This document shows, in pieces, positions 52,955-63,976 of a stretch of 64,000 nt of DNA; positions within the stretch are counted from its first letter, which is position 1; every line of letters begins with the position of its first letter. The notes below the pieces were generated by a model. The model worked only from the letters and a program-made list of their open reading frames with translations. It made no database searches and was not told the origin of the DNA. This DNA comes from Sneathiella sp. Its GTDB lineage: Bacteria; Pseudomonadota; Alphaproteobacteria; Sneathiellales; Sneathiellaceae. Both the position numbers and the translations under genes were made by a program. The DNA is taken from positions 41,479 to 105,478 of the forward strand of contig JBDWHS010000002.1 in the NCBI GenBank assembly GCA_039975135.1, written 5' to 3'.

Positions 52955-53796
52955 TGCTTCGGTCGCTTTCCCTGTGGCAGCGTGTTTTGCTGTTTTTCCT
53001 GCTCGCTATGATTGCCGGGCCTTTTATTCCGCTGATGATTGCCTCTCTGGCTTTCAGATGGGGGTGGCCCGATCTGCTGCCGACGATCTGGTGGTGGGAG
53101 AAGCGAGAGGTTGCCCGGATTCCTTTAGCCTGGGATTATATTTTTGATCCGGTTTCCCGGGTTTTGCCAGCTTTGCAAAACACAATAATCATTGCGATCC
53201 TGGTAACAGCGTTGGCGCTCGTTGTGGCGATCCCGGCAGCACGGGTTCTGGCGCGGCAGAAATTCAGGGGTAAGCCGCTGATGGAATTGTTCCTGGCAGC
53301 GCCCCTCATTGTTCCTGAAATTGCGGTCGGGATTGGTATGCTTCTGATTTTCCTACAATTTGGAATGCAGGGCAATTTGGCAGCGATTGTATTGGCGCAT
53401 TTGATTCCGGTTCTACCCTATATGATCCGGGTGCTGACATCGATTTATGGGGAACTGGATACAGGTATGTTGGATCAGGCCAGACTGCTTGGCGCGAACC
53501 GCTGGCAAGTCTTCCTGTATGTCGAGCTGCCTTTGATCCTGCCTGGTATTTTGGCCGCGGCGCTATTTTCCGTTCTGATTTCAACAAATATCTTTCTGCT
53601 CACTTTTTATATGGGGCAAGGGCAGGTGGATACGCTGGCAACCCTTCTTTTTGCTAAAATCAGTGGGGGTGGATCACTGGACCCTGTTTCTGCAGCATTG
53701 ACACTAGTGATTACGCTGCCGGGCCTTCTCTTCCTTGCTGTGACACATCGCACCCTCCGGGAAGAAGTTTTTGCAGGCGGCATAGATAAGGGGTGA
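52954..53796 (+). CDS. ABC transporter permease
   Basis: 280 aa, 6 TM helices, EAA-like loop (ARLLGANRWQVFLYVELP). 1-nt overlap with the previous gene. Confidence 0.85.
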   Translation: MLRSLSLWQRVLLFFLLAMIAGPFIPLMIASLAFRWGWPDLLPTIWWWEKREVARIPLAWDYIFDPVSRVLPALQNTIIIAILVTALALVVAIPAARVLARQKFRGKPLMELFLAAPLIVPEIAVGIGMLLIFLQFGMQGNLAAIVLAHLIPVLPYMIRVLTSIYGELDTGMLDQARLLGANRWQVFLYVELPLILPGILAAALFSVLISTNIFLLTFYMGQGQVDTLATLLFAKISGGGSLDPVSAALTLVITLPGLLFLAVTHRTLREEVFAGGIDKG

Positions 53797-53857
53797 CGTC
53801 TTGTGCCGGACTTCGTATAGAGGAAGACACGGTTGAGAGAAGAAGGTGCGCACACAT

Positions 53858-54760
53858 ATGATTGTAGTTTTTGGATCTATCAATATTGATCAGGTTTACC
53901 AGATGAAAGCCCTCCCAAGGCCGGGAGAGACCGTTCTTGGGTCATCCTATATTCAAGTGCCGGGCGGCAAGGGGGGCAATCAGGCGCTGACGGCTCGCCG
54001 GGCCGGGGCTAATGTCAAAATGGTTGGAGCTGTGGGACAGGATGCCAATGCGGATCCTGCGCTGTCTTTGCTGCAATCAGACGGGGTTGATCTTGACGCT
54101 ATCTTGCGGACGGGAAGTCCGACGGGCTGCGCCTCTATCTGGGTGGATCAAAAAGCTGAAAATTCTATTGTTGTTGTCTCTGGCGCTAATAAAGAAGCGC
54201 GGGCAGATCAATTGAAACCCTTTGTTCTTGAGGGCGCTCGATATCTGTTGTTGCAGATGGAGGTTTCGGCTCAGGAAAACTGGAAAGCGATCAAGGCAGC
54301 CAAGGCGGCAGGCGTAAAATCCATCCTCAACCTGGCGCCGATTGGTAATATTCCTGAAGCGGTTTTAAAAGATCTGGATTACCTGGTTGTGAATGAAGTG
54401 GAAGCAGAGGCTATTGCCAGCCAACTGGGACTGACAAAACTGACACAGGATGAACTCGTGGTAGAGATTGCGGGCCGGTATGATCTGTGCTGTGTTCTGA
54501 CACTAGGAAGCCAAGGGGTGATTGCCGCAGAAGAAGGGTGGATTATTCGGGTGAAGGCGATGCCGGTCAAACCGGTTGATACGACGGCTGCGGGAGACAG
54601 TTTTATCGGTGGCTTCGCGGCCGCCCTGTCCGAGGGGAAAAGTCTGGAGGATGCCTTGAAATTCGGGACGGCAACGGCAGGCCTGACCTGCACAGTTGCT
54701 GGCGCGCAGAGCAGCCTGCCTCAGCGACCTGAAATCGAGAATGCCCTGAAGGCCTTATAA
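53858..54760 (+). CDS. rbsK: Ribokinase (PfkB family)
   Basis: Motifs GGKGGNQA and DTTAAGDSFIGG. Start trimmed to MIVVFGSINIDQ. Confidence 0.8.
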   Translation: MIVVFGSINIDQVYQMKALPRPGETVLGSSYIQVPGGKGGNQALTARRAGANVKMVGAVGQDANADPALSLLQSDGVDLDAILRTGSPTGCASIWVDQKAENSIVVVSGANKEARADQLKPFVLEGARYLLLQMEVSAQENWKAIKAAKAAGVKSILNLAPIGNIPEAVLKDLDYLVVNEVEAEAIASQLGLTKLTQDELVVEIAGRYDLCCVLTLGSQGVIAAEEGWIIRVKAMPVKPVDTTAAGDSFIGGFAAALSEGKSLEDALKFGTATAGLTCTVAGAQSSLPQRPEIENALKAL

Positions 54761-55594
54761 AGCCCTCAGGATATCCGCGTGATGCTTCAGATGATCGGCC
54801 ATAAAGGTCTGGATGAAATAATAACTATGGTCATATCCCGCATGATGGCGACAGGTCAGGTTTTGGCCGGCCTGAAGACAGGCTGCTTCAAATAAACGGG
54901 GGTGCAGCTCCTGCTCCAGAAACGGGTCATTTTCTCCTTGATCAATCAGGATTACCTGCGATGTAACCCTTTCTTTGACCAGCTCTGTTGCATCATAATT
55001 GGCCCAGGAAGAACGATCTGCCCCGAGATACTTATTGAACGCTTTTTGACCCCACGGGCACTGACTGGGTGCACAGATCGGGGCAAAAGCGGAGATGGAG
55101 GCATATTTTTCAGGGTTCTTCAAACCGATAGTCAAGGCTCCATGCCCACCCATCGAATGACCAAAAACACCTGCAGGCCCTGATTTGGCTGGAAAACTCT
55201 CCTTAATCAGGGCTGGTAGCTCCTCCGTCACATAAGAATACATGCGGTAGTTTTTTGACCAGGGGGCTTCTGTTGCATCCAGATAAAATCCGGCACCTGA
55301 CCCGAAATCCCAGTCATCATCTTCTCCTTTGATATCGGCGCCCCGCGGACTTGTGTCTGGCATGACCAACATCAACCCCAGCTCTGCAGCAAGCCGCTGG
55401 GCTCCGGCTTTGATGGTGGCGGTTTCTTCAGTGCAGGTCAGCCCGGCCAAGTAATACAAAACAGGAGCAGGACCTTCTTGAGCCGCTGGAGGCTGATAGA
55501 CGGCAAATTTCATGTCCGTTCCGGTCTCTCTGGACGGATGAGAATAGAAGCCCTGAATGCCGTCGAAACAGACCTGCTCACTGATTGTTTTCAT
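54755..55594 (-). CDS. fghA: S-formylglutathione hydrolase
   Basis: Esterase D family: VFGHSMGGHGAL nucleophile elbow. Start trimmed to MKTISEQVCFDG, 10 nt after the frmA stop. Confidence 0.85.
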   Translation of the reverse strand: MKTISEQVCFDGIQGFYSHPSRETGTDMKFAVYQPPAAQEGPAPVLYYLAGLTCTEETATIKAGAQRLAAELGLMLVMPDTSPRGADIKGEDDDWDFGSGAGFYLDATEAPWSKNYRMYSYVTEELPALIKESFPAKSGPAGVFGHSMGGHGALTIGLKNPEKYASISAFAPICAPSQCPWGQKAFNKYLGADRSSWANYDATELVKERVTSQVILIDQGENDPFLEQELHPRLFEAACLQAGQNLTCRHHAGYDHSYYFIQTFMADHLKHHADILRAL

Positions 55595-55604
55595 GAAGTC
55601 TGCC

Positions 55605-56738
<1,134 letters not shown>

Positions 56739-56950
56739 CTATATTTCTTCCTTTTTTGCAGGATTATAACAGCAGCGCAACTGCTTTCACGGCTAATATG
56801 TAAATTATATTCACAATTACTAAATAAATAAATTTTATCATATAATCCTTATTTAACTATTCAATTTTATATTTTAGAACTATGATATCGCCGTAAGGTT
56901 GTCTGATGATGATCTGGTTGTATGTGGCACTAGTTTGGGGGAACATCTAA

Positions 56951-57703
56951 ATGCCGAATATTGGGAACAGATTGTATCCTTGCAATGGGATACACGGTAA
57001 GGTCGTTCACGAACTTGGACGTGAAATAGTAACGGGCTTTTACCGGCCTGGTGAGAAATTACCGGGAGAAGCAGAATTTATCGAGCGATTTAGAGGAAGT
57101 CGGACGGCGATACGAGAAGCCTTTCGCGTGTTGTCTGCCAAAGGATTACTGGAGGCGAGACAGCGAGCAGGAACGCGCGTTCGCGCACGGCGTTTCTGGA
57201 ATTTGCTGGACCCCGACATTCTGGCCTGGCAATCGCTGGCTGATAATAATCGCCAGTCCGTCCTTCAGATGATGGAATTCAGAGCTGTTTTCGAGCCTGC
57301 CATTGCGCGCATGGTCGCGGAGAGAGCGACGGATGATCAAATCGACATACTAAGTGAAATCCATAGAGCAATGGAGATTTCCGAAAGAAATGGAGATCGG
57401 CGCAGGTTGTCTGATACGGTTCGCGAATTTCACATCAGTTTATATGACGCCTGCAGCAATGATTACGCGGAACGTTTGAAAGATGTCATCGGGGTCGTTC
57501 TGGACTATCTATATGACCGGCAGGATGACAGCTATCTTCGCAATGGTGTCGCAAGATGGCATTTCCTCATTCTGGATAGAATCAAAATGAGAGATGGGGT
57601 GGGAGCCGAAGAGCTGATCCGAACACTGATTGGTAAGGAGAGTGAACTTCTTAATCTGTCACTGCGGAAAGTTCAGCATACGGACCGAAAAGCTGTCGCC
57701 TGA
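56951..57703 (+). CDS. GntR-family (FadR/FCD subfamily) transcriptional regulator
   Basis: N-terminal wHTH (LPGEAEFIERFRGSRTAIREAFRVLSAKGLL) plus a helical FCD-like C-terminus. Divergent from frmA. Confidence 0.8.
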   Translation: MPNIGNRLYPCNGIHGKVVHELGREIVTGFYRPGEKLPGEAEFIERFRGSRTAIREAFRVLSAKGLLEARQRAGTRVRARRFWNLLDPDILAWQSLADNNRQSVLQMMEFRAVFEPAIARMVAERATDDQIDILSEIHRAMEISERNGDRRRLSDTVREFHISLYDACSNDYAERLKDVIGVVLDYLYDRQDDSYLRNGVARWHFLILDRIKMRDGVGAEELIRTLIGKESELLNLSLRKVQHTDRKAVA

Positions 57704-57718
57704 CAATTCTACCCTCGA

Positions 57719-58360
57719 TCAGCTGTTAATACGAAAAGCCTCATGGATTTGGGTGTTGCCGCTTATGTCAACGTCCAGATCTCTGAGCAATCCATCATGA
57801 AGGCCATAAATCCATCCATGAATGGTTACGTTCTTGCCGCTACGCCATGCATTTTGCAGGATGGAGGTCTTAGCAACATTCCCGACCTGGTGAATGACAT
57901 TCAATTCGCAGAGCCGATCAACTTTTTCCTGTTCTGTTTTCAAGGAAGCAATTTCTTCATAGCGCGCTTCAAGAACATCTTTGATGTGTGCAAGCCAGTT
58001 GTCGATTTGCCCATGATCACCATCGCTCAGCGCGGCGCGAATACCGCCGCAGTTGTAATGACCAGTGACGACAATATGTTCGACCCCCAGTACCTCGACC
58101 GCATACTGGATAACGGCAAGGCAATTGGTATCACTGTGGGGGACAACATTGGCGACATTTCGGTGAACAAACAGCTCTCCCGGGTCCATTCCGACGATTT
58201 CGTTGGCGGGAACCCGACTGTCGGAACAACCGATCCAGAGATATTTGGGGCTTTGAATATTGGCAAGCCTTGAAAAATATTCGCTGTCTTCAGAGAGGCG
58301 GTCTTTCGCCCAGTTCTGATTCCGCTCGAACAATTCTTCTTTTGTCGGTTTGTCGCACAT
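57719..58360 (-). CDS. can: Beta-class carbonic anhydrase
   Basis: Zn ligand motifs GCSDSRV and GHYNCGG. 213 aa. Confidence 0.9.
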   Translation of the reverse strand: MCDKPTKEELFERNQNWAKDRLSEDSEYFSRLANIQSPKYLWIGCSDSRVPANEIVGMDPGELFVHRNVANVVPHSDTNCLAVIQYAVEVLGVEHIVVTGHYNCGGIRAALSDGDHGQIDNWLAHIKDVLEARYEEIASLKTEQEKVDRLCELNVIHQVGNVAKTSILQNAWRSGKNVTIHGWIYGLHDGLLRDLDVDISGNTQIHEAFRINS

Positions 58361-58449
58361 TTTTTAAGCCTCCTGCTGCAGCGAGAAAATAAACATTGAA
58401 TTATAATTTACAAGAGGGAGCGCTATATAAATCAAAAGAGTAGTAGCAA

Positions 58450-58508
58450 AGTCTCAATATGATACATTTTTATTTGATTAATTTTGAAAAATGTATCATA
58501 TTGAGACT
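58450..58508. promoter_or_regulatory. 22-bp perfect inverted repeat with 15-nt spacer, directly upstream of paaA
   Basis: AGTCTCAATATGATACATTTTT (58450-58471) and AAAAATGTATCATATTGAGACT (58487-58508), verified base by base. Ends 27 nt before the paaA start. Confidence 0.55.
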
Positions 58509-58534
58509 CTGGATTGAGCTGAGAGGGATTTTGC

Positions 58535-59512
58535 GTGATGGATAGCAAGACGGTACCGGCGTCAGAAGAGGCGGCGCTTGAAGACGCTTTTCAAAAGAAA
58601 GTGGATGCTGAAGTAAAAATCGAGCCTAAAGACTGGATGCCTGAAGGATATCGCAAAACGCTGATCCGCCAGATGTCTCAGCATGCGCATTCTGAAGTTG
58701 TTGGCATGCTGCCCGAGGGTAACTGGCTTACCCGCGCTCCTTCCCTGAAACGTAAAGCGATCTTGATGGCCAAAATCCAGGATGAAGGTGGTCACGGATT
58801 GTATCTCTACAGCGCAGCCGAAACATTGGGTATTTCCCGTGATGAAATGTATGAGCAGCTTCATACCGGGAAAGCCAAATATTCGAGCATTTTCAATTAC
58901 CCAACCCTGAATTGGGCTGATATCGGGGCTATTGGTTGGCTTGTTGATGGTGCTGCGATTACCAATCAGATTGCCCTTTGCCGTTGCTCTTACGGTCCAT
59001 ATGCCCGGGCTATGGTGAAAATCTGTAAAGAGGAAAGCTTCCATCAGCGCCAGGGTTACGAGATCATGATCCAGATGGCGAACGGCAGTGAAGAACAAAA
59101 AGAAATGGCGCAGGATGCGCTGAACAGATGGTGGTGGCCCGCCTTGATGATGTTCGGACCTCATGATGCAGACAGTCCGCGAACCGGCCAGTCCATGGTT
59201 TGGAAAATCAAGCGGACATCGAATGACGAGCTGCGGCAGAAATTTGTGAATGCCACAGTTCCGCAAGTTGAATATCTGGGCCTGAAAGCACCGGACGACA
59301 AACTAGCCTGGAATGAAGAAAAACAGGGTTATGATTTTGGTGAGATCGATTGGGACGAGTTTGCCAACGTTGTCGCCGGCAACGGTTTGTGCAATCGGGA
59401 GCGCCTACAAACCCGGCGTGATGCTCATGATGGCGGCAAATGGGTCCGTGATGCGGCGCTTGCCCATGCTGAGAAAAAGAGAAAACGCGCGCAAGCTCAG
59501 AAAGCAGCGTAA
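58535..59512 (+). CDS. paaA: 1,2-phenylacetyl-CoA epoxidase, catalytic subunit A
   Basis: Di-iron ferritin-like motifs ([25 protein letters not shown]). 325 aa. Start GTG 58535 or ATG 58538. Confidence 0.9.
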   Translation: MMDSKTVPASEEAALEDAFQKKVDAEVKIEPKDWMPEGYRKTLIRQMSQHAHSEVVGMLPEGNWLTRAPSLKRKAILMAKIQDEGGHGLYLYSAAETLGISRDEMYEQLHTGKAKYSSIFNYPTLNWADIGAIGWLVDGAAITNQIALCRCSYGPYARAMVKICKEESFHQRQGYEIMIQMANGSEEQKEMAQDALNRWWWPALMMFGPHDADSPRTGQSMVWKIKRTSNDELRQKFVNATVPQVEYLGLKAPDDKLAWNEEKQGYDFGEIDWDEFANVVAGNGLCNRERLQTRRDAHDGGKWVRDAALAHAEKKRKRAQAQKAA

Positions 59513-59527
59513 GGTAAGGACAGCGAA

Positions 59528-59827
59528 ATGACACAAACATCAACGCAATCAGAATTCCCTTTATTCGAGGTTTTTATCCGCAGCAAAAATGGCCTGCATC
59601 ATAAACATGTTGGCAGCTTGCATGCACCTGACGCTGAAATGGCGCTGACCAACGCCCGGGATGTTTATACCCGCAGAAGCGAAGGGGTCAGTATCTGGGT
59701 TGTGAAAACTGCTGATATCGTTACGTCGAGCCCGGAAGACAAAGGGGCATTTTACGATCCGAATGATGAGAAGATGTATCGTCATCCCACTTTTTATGAC
59801 ATCCCTGACGAAGTCGGTCATATGTAA
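59528..59827 (+). CDS. paaB: 1,2-phenylacetyl-CoA epoxidase subunit B
   Basis: 99 aa. Conserved LFEVFIRSKNGLHHKHVGSLHA and WVV...S segments. Confidence 0.9.
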   Translation: MTQTSTQSEFPLFEVFIRSKNGLHHKHVGSLHAPDAEMALTNARDVYTRRSEGVSIWVVKTADIVTSSPEDKGAFYDPNDEKMYRHPTFYDIPDEVGHM

Positions 59828-59851
59828 TTCTGCTGGATAGGGTGGGAAATC

Positions 59852-60610
59852 ATGTCTACACAAAATGATCTGTTTGAATATCTGGTTCGGCTGGGCGACA
59901 ACAGCTTGATACTGGGACAACGGCTGGCCGAATGGTGCGGTAAATCGCCCGTTCTGGAAGAAGAACTTGCTTTGATGAATGTCGGACTGGACCTGGTTGG
60001 CCAGGCACGTTTGCTTTTGGACTATGCCGGTAAGGTAGAGGATAAGGGGCGGGATGAAGATGCCCTGGCTTTTCATCGGGACGCGCAGGCGTGGCGTAAC
60101 TTTCTTTTGGTTGAGCAACCTAACGGAGACTTCGCTAAGACGATGGCACGTCAGCTTTTCTTTGATTGTTTTCAGTATTTGCAGTTTGAAGCACTGTGTC
60201 AGTCCGCTGATAAGACTTTGTCAGAAATTGCAGTTAAATCCTTGAAAGAAATAACCTATCACAAGCGCCACAGTAGCGACTGGGTTATCCGTCTTGGAGA
60301 CGGAACAGAGGAAAGTCATGAGCGTATGCAAAACGCGATTGATGAATTGTGGGGCTTTACACCCGAATTGTTTGATATGGATGCTTTGGACAAAAGGCTT
60401 GTAGAGGCCAGTATCGGTGTTGACTCCGTCTCTCTTCGGCAGAAATGGGATGCTATGATCAACGCTGTTCTGGAAGAGGCAACACTGGAACGTCCTGAAG
60501 AAACCTGGTCAGTTCGCGGAAGCAAAGAAGGAAAGCATTCAGAACATCTGGGATATATCCTGGCAGAAATGCAATTCCTGCCGCGTGCCTATCCAGACGC
60601 TACCTGGTAG
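59852..60610 (+). CDS. paaC: 1,2-phenylacetyl-CoA epoxidase subunit C
   Basis: 252 aa. N-terminal LFEYLVRLGDNSLILGQRLAEWCG is typical of PaaC. Confidence 0.85.
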   Translation: MSTQNDLFEYLVRLGDNSLILGQRLAEWCGKSPVLEEELALMNVGLDLVGQARLLLDYAGKVEDKGRDEDALAFHRDAQAWRNFLLVEQPNGDFAKTMARQLFFDCFQYLQFEALCQSADKTLSEIAVKSLKEITYHKRHSSDWVIRLGDGTEESHERMQNAIDELWGFTPELFDMDALDKRLVEASIGVDSVSLRQKWDAMINAVLEEATLERPEETWSVRGSKEGKHSEHLGYILAEMQFLPRAYPDATW

Positions 60611-60616
60611 GGGCCA

Positions 60617-61111
60617 ATGCGACTGCCACAACCGATTTACGAGAAGCATGCCGTTGATCAGGTTCTTGAAACGGTGAAAGATCCCGAAATCCCCGTTCTG
60701 ACTGTCGAGGATATGGGCATTATTCGGGCGGTTGAGTTCGATGCAGATCTCGTTCGTGTTTCGATAACGCCTACCTATTCAGGATGTCCGGCAATGGATA
60801 CCATCGCTGAAGATATCCTGTCAGCCTTGACATTACACGGCTATAGCAATGTCGAGATTAAGACGGTCCTGACACCGGCCTGGTCGACAGATCTGATTTC
60901 CGAGGCGGGAAAAAAGAAACTGGAAGAGTTTGGTATCGCACCTCCCTCCACCAGTGCTCAGGGAGCCTTGTCCGGGCATGAAGAAGTGCATTGCCCTCAA
61001 TGTAAATCAGACAATACAGTTCTTGTCAGCGCCTTTGGCTCAACAGCTTGCAAGGCTTTGTACAAATGCCAGGATTGCCTGGAGCCATTCGACTATTTCA
61101 AATGTGTTTAG
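60617..61111 (+). CDS. paaD: 1,2-phenylacetyl-CoA epoxidase assembly/maturation subunit D
   Basis: 164 aa. SUF-like N-terminal domain (DPEIPVLTVEDMGI, TPTYSGCPAM) and C-terminal Cys4 (CPQC...CQDC). Confidence 0.85.
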   Translation: MRLPQPIYEKHAVDQVLETVKDPEIPVLTVEDMGIIRAVEFDADLVRVSITPTYSGCPAMDTIAEDILSALTLHGYSNVEIKTVLTPAWSTDLISEAGKKKLEEFGIAPPSTSAQGALSGHEEVHCPQCKSDNTVLVSAFGSTACKALYKCQDCLEPFDYFKCV

Positions 61112-61121
61112 GATACGGTAG

Positions 61122-62201
61122 ATGAGCATTTTCCATAGATTGACAATTTCCGATATTGTGCGTGAAACCGACGATGCGATTTCGGTCGCTTTTGACGTTC
61201 CTGAAACACTGGCCGATGATTATCAATATGTTCAGGGACAACATCTGACGCTCAAGACAGACGTTGATGGTGAGGAAATACGCCGATCCTATTCTATTTG
61301 CAGCGCGGTCGGAGACAACCAGCTGAAAGTGGCGATCAAACAAATTGACGGTGGCGTTTTTTCTACCTTTGCCAATTCTAATCTCGCTAAGGGGCAGGCG
61401 CTTGACGTGATGGTTCCGCAAGGGCGGTTCTTTACGCCGCTCTCTCCAGATCATAAAAAGAACTATCTCCTGGTTGCGGCGGGGAGTGGCATTACGCCGA
61501 TTTTTTCAATTCTTAAAACCATCCTTCAGACCGAGCCTGACAGTCAGGTGACTTTGATTTACGGAAACAGGACGGTTTCTACGATTTTGTTTCTGGAGCC
61601 GTTGGAGGATTTGAAAAATACTTACCCCGACCGCTTGAACATGATCCATATTCTGAGCCGTGAAGAACAGGACACAGACTTGTTCAATGGCCGTATCGAC
61701 CGTGCCAAGTGTGAGCGACTGTTTAATGAAGCGTTGAATGCCACAGGTTTTGACGATGTGTTTTTATGCGGGCCGGAACAGATGATCATGGATGTGAAGG
61801 ATTTCCTGGTGGAAAAGGGGCTTCCGAGGGAGAATATCCATTTTGAGTTGTTCATTACGGACGCTGCTATTGCTGCGACCCGCAAGGCGGCTGAGGATAT
61901 TCATTCCAATGATGCAGGCCCGAACCACTCCGTGACGGTCATTCTGGATGGCCAGAAAACAGAGGTTGCCATACCCGAAGAGGGCGTTTCGATACTGGAT
62001 GCAGCCCTCGAAATGGGGGTGGATTTGCCTTTTGCCTGTAAGGGGGGCGTTTGCTGTACATGTCGAGCTAAGATCGTTCAGGGCAATGTTCGCATGGATC
62101 TGAATTATGCACTGGATGATGACGAGGTTTCTGAGGGTTTTGTTCTAACTTGTCAGTCTCATCCCCTCACTGACGATGTTATCGTCGATTTTGATGCCTG
62201 A
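61122..62201 (+). CDS. paaE: 1,2-phenylacetyl-CoA epoxidase reductase subunit E (FNR-like plus plant-type 2Fe-2S)
   Basis: FAD motif RRSYSI, NAD motif LVAAGSGITP, C-terminal CKGGVCCTCRAK...C ferredoxin motif. Confidence 0.9.
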   Translation: MSIFHRLTISDIVRETDDAISVAFDVPETLADDYQYVQGQHLTLKTDVDGEEIRRSYSICSAVGDNQLKVAIKQIDGGVFSTFANSNLAKGQALDVMVPQGRFFTPLSPDHKKNYLLVAAGSGITPIFSILKTILQTEPDSQVTLIYGNRTVSTILFLEPLEDLKNTYPDRLNMIHILSREEQDTDLFNGRIDRAKCERLFNEALNATGFDDVFLCGPEQMIMDVKDFLVEKGLPRENIHFELFITDAAIAATRKAAEDIHSNDAGPNHSVTVILDGQKTEVAIPEEGVSILDAALEMGVDLPFACKGGVCCTCRAKIVQGNVRMDLNYALDDDEVSEGFVLTCQSHPLTDDVIVDFDA

Positions 62202-62308
62202 GAAAGAACCTAAGATTTAGGATATCTTTATTCCTATCGGCTATTCCTTTTCCCAAATAGAAACGTATGATTGCACGGGCTTTTTGAGGGGCGCAGAGGG
62301 GATATCGG

Positions 62309-63976
62309 GTGGTTGATCAGAATAGAAATTCGGCGATTTTTTATGAACAGGATGGCTTCAAAACGGATGGACAGCGACTTTTGGGTCGGCAATCCGCGGG
62401 CGAGAGCTTTCTGAAGGGGTATGCCCGTTTCTCTGGCGTTGATAACTTTTATTGTTACACCGATCATCCGCAGAAATTTGCAGCTTTTTCGGAGCAGTTG
62501 GCATCATGGTCAGTGAGTGAGCCTCAGACCCGTTGGATCAATCCGATGACTGTCGGCAAGCTTCAGGAGCCTGGATGTTTCTTCTATTCTGGGCCTGCAC
62601 TGGGAAGCTTTGCCTGGCAGCGCCGCCATGTTGGACCATCGTGTTACAGTTTGTGTGGATTGACCCACACGATATCCTCTTTGGAAGTGATGGAAGCGTT
62701 CGGGGATCTCGCGGTTGCACCTTTCGAAGAATGGGACGCTCTGATTTGCACGTCGAAATCGGTCAAGGATACGGTGGATCATGTCTTGGCTCAATGGACA
62801 GAGTATCTGCAAGAGCGAAACGGCGGAAAGGTCAAGCTACCGGTGCAGTTGCCCATCTTGCCACTTGGTATTCTTTGTGAGGATTTTGAGCCGACAGAAG
62901 AAGCGGAAATCTGGCGGAACACCTTCCATGCGAAGTACGGGATCGAGAAAGAAGATGTTGTAATTCTCTACATGGGACGCTTTGCAGCTCATGCAAAAGC
63001 CCATCCTTTACCCATGTACCAAGCTCTCGAAAAAGCAGCTCAGAAAACAGATCGGAAAATTCATCTGGTTCAGGCCGGTTGGTTTGCAACCGAAGCAATA
63101 GAGGATCAATTTAAATCCGGGGCAGATAAATTTTGCCCCTCAGTGAATACAATTTTTCTGGATGGTCGTCTTAAAGACGTTCGACAGCATGTCTGGCATG
63201 CGGCCGATATTTTTACATCTCTGTCAGACAACATACAGGAAACCTTTGGTATTACCCCTGTTGAGGCCATGGCGGCAGGGCTACCTGTTGTCGCGACAGA
63301 CTGGGATGGATATCGGGAAACTGTGAGAGATGGCATTGACGGAATCTTGGTCAGAACCACCCTGCCAGCACCGGGATGTGGTGCTGATCTTGCCTATCGG
63401 TATCAAGTAGGTGTGGATAGCTATGATCGTTTTGTTGGCCAAGTCGGACTGTTTACAAATGTCGATACAGAAGCCTGCACGGAAGCGTATCTCACATTGA
63501 TCAATAATCCTGAGCTACGCCGCAAGATGGGAGCAGCAGGAAAAGAACGGGCTCGATCAGTTTTTGACTGGCAGGTGCTGGTGCCGCAATATCAGGATCT
63601 CTGGGAAGGGCTTGCTGAAAAGCGCGCTGCAGCAACCTCTCGTTCGACTCCCGCTTCTGTCGCACCGCTTATGGAGGATCCTTTTACTCTGTTTAAACAC
63701 TATCCCACTCAAAGGATGACGCTTGAAACCCGCCTCCAAATGAAAGAAGGGGCACAAGGTGCCGTCCGCCGGTATCTCGAGGATTCCTTGGGGAGTGGAG
63801 CCGCGGGGATTATGCCGGATGCCAGTAAACTTGAACTTGTGCTTCAGCATCTGGAAGGAGCAGGAACATGTTCTATTGGTGACCTCACTAGGGATCTGAA
63901 GACATCTGCTCCCCGGATGATCCGTTTGATCGGCTGGTTTGCCAAGATGGACCTTATCCGGGTTTTATCGGAGTAG
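62309..63976 (+). CDS. Glycosyltransferase family 4 (GT-B) with long N- and C-terminal extensions
   Basis: GTG start. E-x7-E region ETFGITPVEAMAAGLPVVATDWDGYRETVRDGIDG. 555 aa. Confidence 0.7.
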   Translation: MVDQNRNSAIFYEQDGFKTDGQRLLGRQSAGESFLKGYARFSGVDNFYCYTDHPQKFAAFSEQLASWSVSEPQTRWINPMTVGKLQEPGCFFYSGPALGSFAWQRRHVGPSCYSLCGLTHTISSLEVMEAFGDLAVAPFEEWDALICTSKSVKDTVDHVLAQWTEYLQERNGGKVKLPVQLPILPLGILCEDFEPTEEAEIWRNTFHAKYGIEKEDVVILYMGRFAAHAKAHPLPMYQALEKAAQKTDRKIHLVQAGWFATEAIEDQFKSGADKFCPSVNTIFLDGRLKDVRQHVWHAADIFTSLSDNIQETFGITPVEAMAAGLPVVATDWDGYRETVRDGIDGILVRTTLPAPGCGADLAYRYQVGVDSYDRFVGQVGLFTNVDTEACTEAYLTLINNPELRRKMGAAGKERARSVFDWQVLVPQYQDLWEGLAEKRAAATSRSTPASVAPLMEDPFTLFKHYPTQRMTLETRLQMKEGAQGAVRRYLEDSLGSGAAGIMPDASKLELVLQHLEGAGTCSIGDLTRDLKTSAPRMIRLIGWFAKMDLIRVLSE

